This document shows, in pieces, positions 1 through 11,311 of a stretch of 64,000 bases of DNA; position 1 is the stretch's first letter; every line of letters starts with the position of its first letter. Origin of the DNA: Chiloscyllium plagiosum (Eukaryota); the NCBI RefSeq assembly GCF_004010195.1, contig NC_057760.1, positions 1,672,215 through 1,736,214 of the forward strand, written 5' to 3'. The notes beneath the pieces are model-generated. The model ran no database searches and had not been told where the DNA came from. It was given only the letters and a program-made list of their open reading frames with translations. The translations under genes were made by a program, and so were the position numbers.

Positions 1-210
1 GGAGGAGGTGACAGATAGGGAGGGTTGTTGTTGCTGGAGGAGGTGACAGATAGGGAGGGTTGTTGTTGCTGGAGGAGGTGACAGATAGGGATGGCTGTCG
101 ATGCCGGAGGCGGTGACAGATAGGGAGGGTTGTCGTTGTTGGAGGAGCTGACAGATAGGGAGGGTTGTCGTTGCCGGAGGAGGTGACAGATAGGGAGGGT
201 TGTTGTTGCT
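1..210. repeat. 35-bp minisatellite (GGAGGAGGTGACAGATAGGGAGGGTTGTTGTTGCT), 6 copies, runs off the window start
   Basis: Unit starts at 1, 36, 71, 106, 141 and 176. Confidence 0.9.
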
Positions 211-544
211 GAAGGTGAGAGTTCAGAAGATTGAGGATAGTGAGGGAGCTGCAAGTAATGCTGAGAATTGGGCCCTCGGTGCCCAAGGATCAGAATTGAA
301 TATTCCCTGTTTCCCTGTTCCAGTCATTGAGCGATGGCACCATCCTATAAAGGAATGTAAGGTTTACACTTCCATCTTGTTGTTTGTAACCTCAGGACAT
401 CCCACATTCTCTCTGGCCTATGTCAATGCAAGGCTGGCAATGCCACCAGCTTAAACATCTGATCCTGCTTTCAGATCCCTCCTCCTACTTCTCCTGCACA
501 TCTCCTTAACCACTTCCAGCTCTAACATATCACAAATCCCGCCT

Positions 545-777
545 TGTCTCTGTCTGGCTGTCTCTCTCTCTGTGCTTCTCAATCTCTCTCTCTGCCCTTC
601 TCAGTCTCTTTGTATCTCCCCTCTTGCTCACTCCCTCTCTCCCTCTCATACACACGCACATTCACGCTATCTCTCTCACCCTCACACTGTCTCTCTCTCT
701 CTCTCCCTTGTGCTCTCTCTGCCCCCACACTGTTGCTCTCTGTCTTCTCCCTTGCGCGCGTTTTGTCTCTCTTTTTC

Positions 778-813
<36 letters not shown>

Positions 814-832
814 CCCCCATCTGTCTCCTCCT
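545..832. repeat. CT-rich low-complexity tract / (CT)n microsatellite
   Basis: Imperfect (CT)n runs; explains the S/L-rich and R/E-rich ORFs here. Confidence 0.9.
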
Positions 833-1827
833 TTAAGATATTCTTTTTTTTAAAAGAACCTTTATGACCAAGCTGTTGGCTGGCTGTACCTAACACCTCC
901 TCACATGGTTTGGGGTGGGGGAGAGGGGATGTAAACGTGCTCTGATGGACTGCCTCTGTCAAGCACCTTGGGATGTTTGGCAGTGTATGGGCGCTATCTA
1001 AATGCAGGCTTGGTATCTGTGACAGGCAATCTTTTCTGTTGAATCCTGTGTTGCTCACGGCCAGTTACATGTAATAGGCGTTTTTGTCGGGAATTAAAAC
1101 CTAGAACAATACAGCGCACATCTGGCCCTTTGGCCCTCGATGTTGCGCTGACCTGTGAAGTAAGCTAAGCTCATCAATTCTTCAGACCCAGGGCAGAAGG
1201 TAGGGTTTTGACGGTAAGGAGACAGAGATAGGGGCAGAGAGAGGGAGAGAATTGTACCGAAAAACATTCTGGCCTGTCTTTCATTAGTGATGGACATTTA
1301 ACTTTTCATTCTGCTGTGACAAAGGGAACTCATTTCTTCATTCTTATACCAGAGTATAAGAGATGTGTGTTCCTCGGAAAGCGAGCACAGCAGTGAATAA
1401 CTTGCGCAGCACCAATGAAGGCCACGTTTTATAAATTGGTCCGGGACTTTTCTGGCTGTGCTGTCTCTAATTGCAGCCCCCTCCCCTCACTTGAGGTGTG
1501 CCGCTGTCTTGAACTGCTGCAGTCCCCCGTATAGTGTGGGGGCACCTTTTCAGAGTGTCATCGGTTCCAGGAGTTTGACACACTGACAGATCAGCTGATA
1601 CATTTGCGTGTGGCTCTGAGCTGCCTGTCATTCACATGCAAGCCCTGTTCTGGCTCCACTTGGTCAGACAGCTCTGAGAGAGGCAGAGTCCGTGCAAGGG
1701 ATAGAGTAAGAGTGAGCATGAGGGACAGACAGCGAGCACAAGACAGACAGACACAGCACAAGGGAAGAGACAGAAAGAGATAGCGCTAAGGAGAAATAGA
1801 GAGAGCCTGGTAACCAGCATTGATACA

Positions 1828-2182
1828 GTCATAGAGCCATACAGCACTGGAACAGACTGTTCAGCCCAACTCGTCCATGCTGACCAAGCATCCGAACCTA
1901 ATCTAGTCCCATTTGCCAGAACATGGCCCAAATCCCTCTAAACCCTTCCTATTCATGTCCCCATCCAGATGCCTTTTAAATGTTGTCATTGTACCAGCCT
2001 CCACCACTTCCTCTGGCAGCTCATTCCACAAACATACCACCCTCTGTGTGAAAAAGTCGCCCCTCAGGTCCCCTTCCCCTCTCACCCTAAACCTCTAGTT
2101 CTGGACTCCCCCACCCCAGGGAAAAGACCTTTCCATGTTCACCCTATCCATGTCCCTCATGATTTTATAAACCTCTATAAGG
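1828..2182 (-). mobile_element. CR1-clade LINE 3' fragment
   Basis: Minus-strand FFTQRVVCLWNELPEEVVEAGTMTTFKRHLD (CR1 ORF2 C-terminus) followed by 3' UTR. Confidence 0.9.
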
Positions 2183-2561
2183 CTACCCTCCCCACCCACT
2201 CAACCACCAGCACCAACCAACTGGATCTCTGGGAAGTGAATCCGTCTTCCTCAGCCACTTCCCTGCCCGTCAAACCCACGATGCCAACCTTCATTCTTGT
2301 GCTGCTGTCTTCTGAAGGAGCTTGTTACCCTGGCCCTCTCGCAGGTGGACAGGCAAAGTACAGGAGAGCATCAGTGCTACAGTCTGTGCGTGGCTGAACA
2401 CTGATTTTACAGCACGTTTGACACCCTTTAAAGTTGGAGTTCGGACTTTGCTCCTTGTGTTTTCGCCCTGGGAGGTGGGTGCAGCAGATCTTTCGCCAGA
2501 GGCACTTGGCTTGCCCACAGTTCTCCCCTGTTATTTATCGAATAACACCGTCAGATCCTCT

Positions 2562-2650
2562 AGAAGATTAGAGTGGTGCTGGAAAAGCACAGCAGGTCAG
2601 GCAGCATCTGAGGAGCAGGAGAATTGACATTTCGGGCAAAAGCCCTTCAT
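2562..2650 (-). mobile_element. Short Penelope-type terminal-repeat insertion with truncated hammerhead-like core
   Basis: Minus strand reads ATGAA-GGGC-TTTT-GCCC-GAAATGTC; same family as 26336-26515. Confidence 0.65.
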
Positions 2651-4139
2651 GCTGTAGCTTTTAAGGGTTACGTACCTTTGTTGGGTCTGTTTCCTCAGAG
2701 GGGGAATAACTCCTCTTTTCGGAGGGCAGGTCCATGCCAACAGGGAGCCTGGAAAGGTGCACCTGTTACACAGTGTAAGGGCCATCACTGCAAGGTCGTC
2801 CTCCCACCCCAGCTCTGGGTGGTCTCGAACACAGGGGCACAGTCTCGGGATGAGGGAGAGGCCGGCTTTGGAGCGATTTCATCTGATTTAAATCCCACCA
2901 CTGGGAGGCTGTGATGGGATTTGAAGCTGTGCTGCCCAGGTCTGGATGAAAGCTGAGTGGCTGTGTAATGCTTAGGGACGTTCTGATCTGTTCGGGAAAA
3001 GCACCTGGAAGTAGTCCTCCTTCAGGCATGGCAGCCGATCTGTACGGAGCAGACACTGAAGGAGCAGTGAGGGAAATGGGCATTGTCGGGCGTGTGAGGA
3101 ACATTTTACTGGCTATGGGGAGCACCGCTGACTGTTAAACCCTGGATTATGGCAGTGAGTTTTGTGAGCAGTGCTTTAATTATGGGGCAGCCAGTCCATA
3201 TCTATGCTTTCTGAGTCTTCAGTGGGAGTATGGTCCACTGGTAACAGAGGGACAGATCCTCCTCCCACGTGCTTTTTCCCATTGGCTGATGTGGATCTGA
3301 GCACTGTTCCCTCTATCACGTCCCTAAGTTCAGCATATATGTCTTGCCGTCCGACTCGAAATGACCAAATGAGTTTGCAGAGACCGGTTTTACTTCTGTG
3401 CCAGCCAGTTTCCTCATTTCCAACATGTTTTACTGTCAGCGTTTTTGACCCCCCCCCCCCAAATTCACACATGCACACGTTCACACGCACACACACCCAC
3501 CCCTTGTTTCTGGAGTCTTGACGGCTGGTTCGCAGTCATGAGGACAGAGGAAGGCAGAGAGGGACTGTTCCCGTCGGCTGGAGGATTGGATTTTGGGTGA
3601 CTGGTTTAAAAAAGGAGAGCAACAGAGACATGTGGAGAGAGATCTGGGTTTCAACACGGCAAGTGGCTGAGATCTGGTGGAAGAGGTCAGATCACAGCAA
3701 AATCCTGCATCGCTGATGAGGCCATTCACCCCATTGTGTCTGTGCTGCTCTTCGAATGAGTAATGTTTCTGACTGCCAGTCTCCCAACTTTTCCCCATAG
3801 TGCTGCACGCTACTTCAAGCGATGCCCTTTTGAATGCTTTGATTGAATCTGCTTCCACCTCCTTCCCAGTTAGTGTTCCAGGCACTTAACTACTTGTTGT
3901 TAAGTGGAAAACTTCTAATCTGGTTCTGGATCCTTTTCAGAGCAGGAAAGGAAAAATTCAAGCTTGTTAATGGAAGCCATCTCTCAGGGCTCAGGGCCGT
4001 GACCTTGTGTGTTCAGTATATTAGCTTGCGAGTCTTTGGTGACCTGGATTAACCACCATTACCTGCCGATCAGGCAGCTCCCAGTACAGAAGGTCTTAAC
4101 GTGATTCTCAGATTAAAGGAAAGGAGAGGTGTGTCAACG

Positions 4140-4495
4140 CCATTCCCTTCAAACGCTCCCTGGAACAGGGTCAGGACAGGGGTTAAATCTAGAGCTAAAC
4201 TCTCTCCACTCTTTGAACAAGGAAAGTGCAAGTAAAGCTCTCTCTACTGTCTCCATCCAACAGGGTTAGATACAGAGTAAATCTCCCTGTACACTGTCCC
4301 AATTAAACACTCCCGGGACAGGGACAGCACGGGGTTAGATACAGAGTAAAGCTCCCTGTACACTGTCCCAATTAAACATTCCCTGGACAGGGACAGCACG
4401 GGGTTAGATACAGAGTAAATCACCCTGTACACTGTCCCAATTAAACACTCCCGGAACAGGGACAGCACGGGGTTAGATAACGGAGTAAAACTACT
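4140..4495. repeat. 69-bp minisatellite, about 3.5 good copies plus a degenerate upstream copy
   Basis: GGGTTAGATA starts at 4263, 4332, 4401 and 4470 (period 69). A degenerate reverse copy lies near 26980-27070. Confidence 0.9.
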
Positions 4496-5364
4496 CTTTT
4501 AAACAGAAATGAAATGTCCCTTGACACGAACTGCATTAAACATTCCCAGGATAGGAACACCTCTGGATTTGACAGAATGAAGCTCCAGCATGTACTTCTA
4601 TTGTACGCTCTTCTGCAGAAAGCCCTGTCCAGTGTGACTGTGACAACCTTTCTGTCGCACTGCTGTTGTGCTGATGTTCATGTGAGTGAGTCCCAACCAG
4701 TGTTCTCAGCTGGAGTGGAACTGTCCACCATTTCAGCTTGGGGGGGTTCCCTGACAGCCAGAAAAGTTTTCAGCAATTTTTCTGACAAAGCCATATTGCC
4801 TCTCATAACCTAATAAGTCTGTAAATTCTCCTGGGAAGGCCCAGATTGAACCCGGGCCAGAGGTTTACTTCCAGTAACAATTGCACTGAATCCTGCTTAG
4901 GTCTCCGAGTCTGGAGCTTCGAGCCCCCAGGCGATCTGTTGACCTACTTTCCTTTTGCACTGGAGCCTGTGACCAGGAAAGCAGACGTCTTATGATGAGG
5001 CTTTTTGATTTTAAACAATCTTCAATTTGTGTCTTTGCAGAGGATGTAGCGCCTGCAGGTGGCTGGTGTCGTTTCCAACCACCCCCGCCCCCCCCCCCCC
5101 CCCTCCTCCCCTCTGGAGCTCGCTTTGCATCATTGGTTTCTCGTCCAGAATGGCGCCGGGCGTTGTGTGACCTGAAGCGCCTTTGGTCTTTGTCCCTCTG
5201 AATGGTTCGGGAGACTGGAGCAGGTAAGGAGAATTCTGACTTTGTCCATGGTCGGTGGGGGGGTGGGGGGGGGGGGTGGAAGGCCGGCTGCTTCACCGTG
5301 TTGAGTCCTGGAGCAGGGAGGGCAGCCATTTTACACGAGGGCTGCCAATGGTGAATCTTTACAC

Positions 5365-5464
5365 TCTCTCCCCTTCTCTCTGTCTCTCTCTCTCTCTGTC
5401 TCTGTCTCCCTCTGTCTCTCTGTCTGTGTCTCTGTCTCTGTCTCTCTGTCTGTCTCTCTCTCTG
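5365..5464. repeat. (CT)n/(CTGT)n microsatellite
   Basis: Directly visible. Confidence 0.9.
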
Positions 5465-5764
5465 ACTTTTAATACAACATATTTCAAAACCCATCTTCAG
5501 GTGTAGAGTTGGGGGGGTGTCCTCCGTGGGTTTTGACGTGCTGGATGGGTGAAATGTAAACCCTGACAGGCAGCTTGGAGATTTGGACTGTATTGGCCCA
5601 GATAACCATGATGCAGACTTGGGCTCAGCACGTTGATGTTTTCCCGATTATGTGGGTGTTTGTTTGGATCGCCAATCATTATAGATGGCTTGGAAAGTCA
5701 CCTGGATGTTGAGTGCAGGGTAGCATGTGCTTATGTCCAGATTTGAGGAAATTCTAAAGTCCTA

Positions 5765-6720
5765 GTGATGTGCAGTAAGGAAACAGACCCGTCGGTCCAA
5801 CTTGTCCATGCTGACCAGATATCCTAACCTCATCTCGTCCCATTTGCCAGCACTTGGCCCATATCCCTCTCAAACCTTCCTATTTATGTCCCTCTCCAGA
5901 TGCCTATTAAATGGTGTAATTGTAGCAGCCTTCCTCTGGCAGCTCATTCCACACACTCATCACCCTCTGTGTGGAAATGTTCCCACTTACGTCCCTTATA
6001 TATCTTTACCCTCTCACCCTAAACCTATGCCCCGCTAGGTCTGGAGTTGTTGTGAGATAATCCGACAGCACCGAAACAGACCCTTTGGTCCAACCATGTC
6101 CACGCTGACCATGTTCCCAAACTAAACCGGACCATGTTCCCAAACTAAACCGGACCGTGTTCCCAAACTAAACCGGCCCGTGTTCCCAAACGAACCCGGC
6201 CCGTGTTCCCAAACGAACCCGGCCCGTGTTCCCAAACGAACCCGGCCCGTATCCCTCCAAACCTTTCCTATTCATGAAGTTATCTAAATGTCTTTTAAAT
6301 GTTGTTATTGTACCTGCATCCACCACTTTCTCTGGCAGTTCATTCCACACATGAACCACACACTGTTTTTAAAAAAAAAGGTTTGTTCCTCATGTCCTTT
6401 TTAAATCTTTCTCCCCTCAACCTTAAAACTGTGCCCTCTGGTTTTGAATTCCCCCACCCTAAGGAAAAGACCCTTGCCACTCCCCACTTTATCTATACCC
6501 CCCCCCCGCCCCATGATTTTATAAACTCGAAGGTCGCCCCTCAACCTCCTGCGTTTCACTGGAAGAAGTCCCAGCCTTTCCAGCCTACTTGGATACCTCA
6601 AACCCTCCATTCCTAGCCACATCGTGAACCCTCTCCGGTTTAATAATATTTCTCCAATAACAAGGCGACCAGATCTGTGCACAGTACTCCAGCCAAGGCC
6701 TCGGCAACATCCTGGTAACC
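5765..6720 (-). mobile_element. Two adjacent CR1 LINE 3' fragments (about 5765-6036 and 6055-6720)
   Basis: VWNELPEKVVDAGTITTFKRHLD and RLERLGL..RRRLRGDL peptides on the minus strand. Confidence 0.85.
6107..6250. repeat. 23-bp minisatellite, 6 copies, inside a CR1 3' UTR
   Basis: TGTTCCCAAA at 6112, 6135, 6158, 6181, 6204 and 6227. Confidence 0.9.
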
Positions 6721-6992
6721 ATCACCCAGATTGGCTTTATATCATGGATTGGTTTAAGTCCTTGTTACGGTAGGGATTTGTAGTCCTTCCAGATCCTGAA
6801 TCCCGGGCCTCTTGATTCAGGCAGCATTCCTGCTGTTAAGTGTTGGTTAGCTGAGGGTGAGCAGTGCGGTCATTCTGATATTGGCCTTGTCCCACACCTC
6901 CCAGTTGCCGCTAGGTACCAACCAGACAGATGCGGAACATGCGCTGCTTGATATCGTGAGTTTTCCCATTTTGTTCCTGCGATTTGTAAAAC

Positions 6993-7217
6993 TAGGTGTA
7001 ATGCATATGGAATGAGCTGCCAGTGGAGGTGGTTGAGGCAGGTACACTAACATTTAAAAGGCATTTGGACAAATTATTAGATAGGAAAGGTTTAGGAAGA
7101 TATGGGTCAAGTGCAGGGGGAAATGGGGTTAGGCGCAGTCGGACATTTTGGTCAGCATGGACCAGTTTGGGCTGAAGGGCCTGTCTCCATGCTGTAGCAC
7201 TCTGTGACTCTGTAACC
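6993..7217 (+). mobile_element. CR1 LINE 3' end
   Basis: TGGAATGAGCTGCCAG..GGTGGTTGAGGCAGG core and CR1 tail. Confidence 0.85.
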
Positions 7218-8694
7218 ATATAAACTCAACATGTTTCAGTACAGTATGTGTCACCGTCCGGTAGGATCCGGCAGAAACTGGAACAGGTTAACAATGTCAA
7301 ACGGCTGAGCACTTCTCTTTGGTCTCTGTATGCCTTGTGGTGTGTGGGCAGTAAGGGCTATAGAGTCAGAGCTCGGGTCCCGGAGGTGAGTCCAAGCAGG
7401 TTGCTTCGGGGAAACAAGTCATCCGTGTTGACGGAGATTGTGGAGTGAGAGTTGGAGTAAAGCTCTGACTGGGAAGGTCTGTATGCAAGGTCTCTGTCCA
7501 ATTAACACTTCACCTCAGGTGTTTTATAGCCCCTTGAGGTCCCCACTCGACTTATGGCCGTGCTTTTCCAACACCACCCTCTTCCATTCAATGAAATCTG
7601 TATTGTTCATTTTGTGCTAAACCTCCCCTGGCGTGTGGATGGGGCCTTAAACTTTTGGCCTATCCACGTTGTGTCTCTGTGATGGCTCCCCCACCTCAAA
7701 CACCTCAGTACGTCCCTGAGCACGTTGTCCTGGAGCTTGGAGTTTGCTGGCCTGTAGCACTTGCTGTAAGACTGGCAAGGTTTGGGCAGGTTTGACGAAC
7801 GTCGTTCGCAGAGTTGTTGGTTCTCCGGGCGCAGTGGATGTTTGTCCCAGGGAACAGCTCATAGACTGTAGCGCCCCCGGGTCGCGGAGCTGCTCTGGCC
7901 GAACTCTGACAAAAGCCACTGCGTTTCTGTCCCGAGATCTGCATTTGCCGAGGCACATTCTGCGTGGAAGTGGGCAACAGCCTCTTCGTCACCACTGGGC
8001 AGAGGGAATGTGACGCTGACTGTGGGGGAAGCTCCTGTCACGGAGTGCCCTTTCTCACTGTCGAGGCTGGCCGCTCCTCCCTGGCCTGACATCAGAGGCT
8101 TCCTGAGGGAGGCGTCAGGTCAGTGACCTCGCCCTCTTTTGCTCCTCACTTTCCTTCCCAGACATTTTCCTGCTGGGGCCCAGTTCCGGTACCCCAAAAG
8201 CCAACCCTTCCCAAACCCGGAAAAAAAATCTGTGGTGGGGTACACAAGTTGTTTGGTGGTGGTGGGGGGGGGGGAGGGGGGTGTGTGTGGAGTGGGGATA
8301 AGAGTGAGAGATGTTGAGTGGGCTGAAGGGTGTTTAAAATGCAGGGTTACTCTTTAAGTAAAGGAGCAGGCATCTCACTATTTCATCGCAAATCGCTTTC
8401 CGATTGCAGTGGGGTCAGAGTGATCTGGCAAGGTTAGGCCTTGCCCATCAGTCGCTGAGGTGGATAGACCTAATGCAGGGAAGTGGGATGCTATGCATCT
8501 CAGTCAGAAGGGCATAGAGACAATATATAGTGAAGGGTGTGCTTCCAAACGGTGTGCAGGAGCAGAGGGGCCTGGGAGTATGTGCGCGCAAGCCGTTGAA
8601 AGAGGCAGGAACGATTGAGAAAATGGTTTAAAAGAAAAAGCATCCGGGCTTCATAGACCAAGACAAGGAGATGAAGGTGAGATTGGCATAAAAC

Positions 8695-9152
8695 GTCATC
8701 AACAGATGCCTAAGAGAAAGACCACAGAACGAGGACATACCACAACCCAAAGGACTAGCCACACTACCATACATCAGGAGCATCTCGGAACTGACAGCCA
8801 GACTACTGTGACCCCTAGGACTTATAACAGCACACAAACCAACAGCCACGCTCAGACAACAACTCACCAGAACGAAGGACCCGATACCCAACATGAGCAA
8901 AACGAATGTGTACAAAATACCATGCAAGGACTGCACAAAACACTACATAGGACAAACAGGAAGACAGCTAAGGCGACGTCATCAGTGCTTGGGAGCCTCC
9001 TGCGAAGCGGCAGGGACAGACCACTATAAACACCGGAGGAAACATCAAAGAAGCGCTTCGCAGGAGGCTCCCAAGCACTGATGATGTCGCCTAGCCAGGG
9101 GACGAAATGTTTGCAACAAAAACTTCCAGCTCGGCGAACAGAACCACAACAA
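8695..9152 (+). mobile_element. Penelope-like element (PLE) fragment: RT-EN linker, N-terminal GIY-YIG endonuclease and terminal repeat, inserted into an older LINE remnant
   Basis: Translates LATLPYIRSISELTARLL*PLGLITAHKPTATLRQQLTRTKDP..KTNVYKIPCKDCTKHYIGQTGRQL (PLE GIY-YIG signature). Has one stop codon and an internal inversion. Confidence 0.88.
9075..9114 (+). ncRNA. Minimal type-I hammerhead ribozyme-like motif in the PLE terminal repeat (partly decayed)
   Basis: GCA-CTGATGA-T-GTCGCCT-AGCC-AGGGGAC-GAAA-TGTT-TGC: core boxes present, 6/7-bp stem II, GCA/TGC stem I. GAAATGTT instead of GAAACGTC. Confidence 0.65.
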
Positions 9153-9499
9153 CTCTTGTAGTTCAGCCTCAGCTGGAGTATCGTCTGTGATTCTGGGCAC
9201 CACCCTTCAGGAGGGGCGTGAAGAGAGGGGGCAACAAAGACTTATCGAAATGGCCCCGGGGAGTTTGGGACTTACAGTGGCGTGTCGAGGGCCGAGGAAC
9301 CGGAATCGGAGGAAGAAAGGGGGGGGTGGAGGTATGATTTGAGGAGTTCTAAACCACGAGGGGATCTGGATGGAACTGAGCGAGAAGATAAACTGTTCCT
9401 GTTCGAGGCAAAGGATGAAGAAACAGAGGGGCAATGCTGCTTGGTAGAAGAAGCATTGGCGACTAGAGGAAAAACACAGCGAGAGGTTAAGACAAGGGA

Positions 9500-10175
9500 A
9501 TACTGTATTCAATCCTGGTCACCCTACTTTGGAAGGATGTTGTGAAACTTGAAAGGGTGCAGAAAAGATTTACAAGAATGTTGGAGGGTTTGAGCTACAG
9601 GGAGAGGCTGAACAGGCTGGGGCTGTTTTCCCTGGAGCGTCAGAGGCTGAGGGGGTGACCTTACAGAGGTTATTAAAATCATGAGGGGGCACGGGTAGGG
9701 TGAGTAGACAAGGTCGTTTTCCCAGAGTGTGTTGCTGCAGGTCCGGCAGCATCCGAGGAGCAGGAGAATCGACGTTTCAGGCTGGACCCCTTCTTCCTTG
9801 ATGAAGGGCTTACACCCGAAACGTCGACTCTCCTGCTGCCCGACCTGCTGCGCTTTTCCAGTGCCACACTCTCGTCTCTGAGCTCCAACATCTGCAGTCC
9901 CTCACTCTCTCCAAGATAACTTTTCCAGCATAGGGGAGTCCAAAATTAGAGTAGTGGGGGAATTAATTAAAAGGGACCTGAGGGGCAAGTTTTTCACACA
10001 TGGAATGAGCTGCCAGAGGAAGTGGTGGAGGCTGGTACAATGACAGCATTTAAAAGGTATCTGGATGGGGACATGAATAGGAAGGGTTTTGAGGGATATG
10101 GGCTAAATGCGCCTAGATTGGGTTAGGATATCCGGTCAGCATGGATGAGTTGGACCGAAGGGCATGTTTCTGTGC
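9500..10175 (+). mobile_element. CR1 LINE 3' fragment interrupted by a PLE-type foldback insertion
   Basis: [10 protein letters not shown].. and [17 protein letters not shown] sequence plus CR1 tail. Confidence 0.85.
9726..9912. mobile_element. PLE-type foldback insertion with hammerhead-like core
   Basis: Inverted arms around TTGATGA-A-GGGC-TTAC-ACCC-GAAACGTC (9798-9825). Confidence 0.7.
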
Positions 10176-11198
10176 CCGATAGAATGGGGGAGGCAGGTTT
10201 AATCAAGGCTTTCAAGGTGCAATAGGATTGCTACCTGGAGAGAGAGTGGATTTGCATGTTCTGGGGAAAGTTTCCAGATGACGAGCTGAGGGCGCTGTCA
10301 CAGAGCTGGCCTCCTCCTGTTCTGTGATTCTACTCGTTCGAATGTCAACACAGGAGAGGACTCGAATGGATGTGGCGCCTTACTATAAGTGAAACAGTGC
10401 AGCCTTGGTGCTGAGAGAGTGCTGCAGTCTGAAGGCAACTCAGAATAAACACCTCCATCTCGTGTGGGTGCAGGTAGGCTGGTCCTCCCCTGGTGTCCTG
10501 GCTAAAGCATGTGCCCCTCTCCCCTTTTCCACGTTGACACTGTTCCCAGACTCGCAGGAAGCCCCTACCCTGCAGAAGAAGGCCATTTGGCCCATCGTGC
10601 TAACTGACCCGGTCCGTAGCCCCCTCGTTCATGCCACTTCCAGCCCATATCTGAGCAGCTCGTAAACGTGCTGAGAGTTTCTGCCCTCGCCTCCCTTCCA
10701 GGCAGCGGGTTAGAGACTCCCCGGGACCCGTGGATAACCACTAGACGCCACACTCTTCCTCCCTTTTTCAGGTGGTTTCGAGAGCGATGACTTTGACCGG
10801 GCTTTTTGGTTATGTGGTTCCCATCCTCCTTGTATGGCTCAGCATCAAATTCTGTCTGAGAGGGCCACAGTGAGAGATTTTTTTTTTGTTTTCAAGTCAC
10901 TTGATGGCGTTATGCTGTGTAGAAGGAGCAGCTTATTGTGCAGCAGGGGAGTGGGGTTGAGATTGGGGGCCCTACACGATTTATTTATTTTTTCGCTAAA
11001 AATCCTGCAGGCAGTGTCTGAAACACGGTGCACATAAAACCGTGTAAAATCACCAATGTTTATTGCTTGGAAATTGCTGAAGATCTGTATGGCCTTCAGT
11101 AATTGTATAACGTCCTGCATGTGGCTTTTGTGCCATATTTCCGGTGGTGTCTGGCGGTACCAGCGTCCGTTGGCCATCTGTTGCCTAATTGCCGAGAG

Positions 11199-11288
11199 CT
11201 GAAAATGTGTTGCTGGAAAAGCGCAGCAGGTCAGGCAGCATCCAAGGAGAATGAGAATCGACGTTTCAGGCATAAGCCCTTCTTCAGG
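11199..11288 (-). mobile_element. PLE-type short insertion with hammerhead-like core and 12-bp TSD
   Basis: Minus strand CTGAAGA-A-GGGC-TTAT-GCCT-GAAACGTC (11260-11287); flanks AATTGCCGAGAG / AATTGCTGAGAG. Confidence 0.75.
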
Positions 11289-11311
11289 AATTGCTGAGAG
11301 GGCAGTTAAGG

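Noticed and set aside
4245..4495. Regularly spaced repeats resembling a CRISPR array (also 1-210, 6107-6250, 26205-26299)
   Set aside because: The intervening sequences are themselves repeated (no unique spacers), the context is eukaryotic and there are no cas genes.
4865..5494. 209-aa minus-strand ORF
   Set aside because: Built from a microsatellite and poly-G/C runs; no recognisable domain.
7647..8092. Cluster of overlapping 77-103 aa ORFs in GC-rich sequence
   Set aside because: No recognisable domain or supported exon boundaries; expected by chance at this GC content.
10845..11273. 142-aa minus-strand ORF
   Set aside because: Starts inside a repeat insertion and has no recognisable homology or convincing splice pattern.
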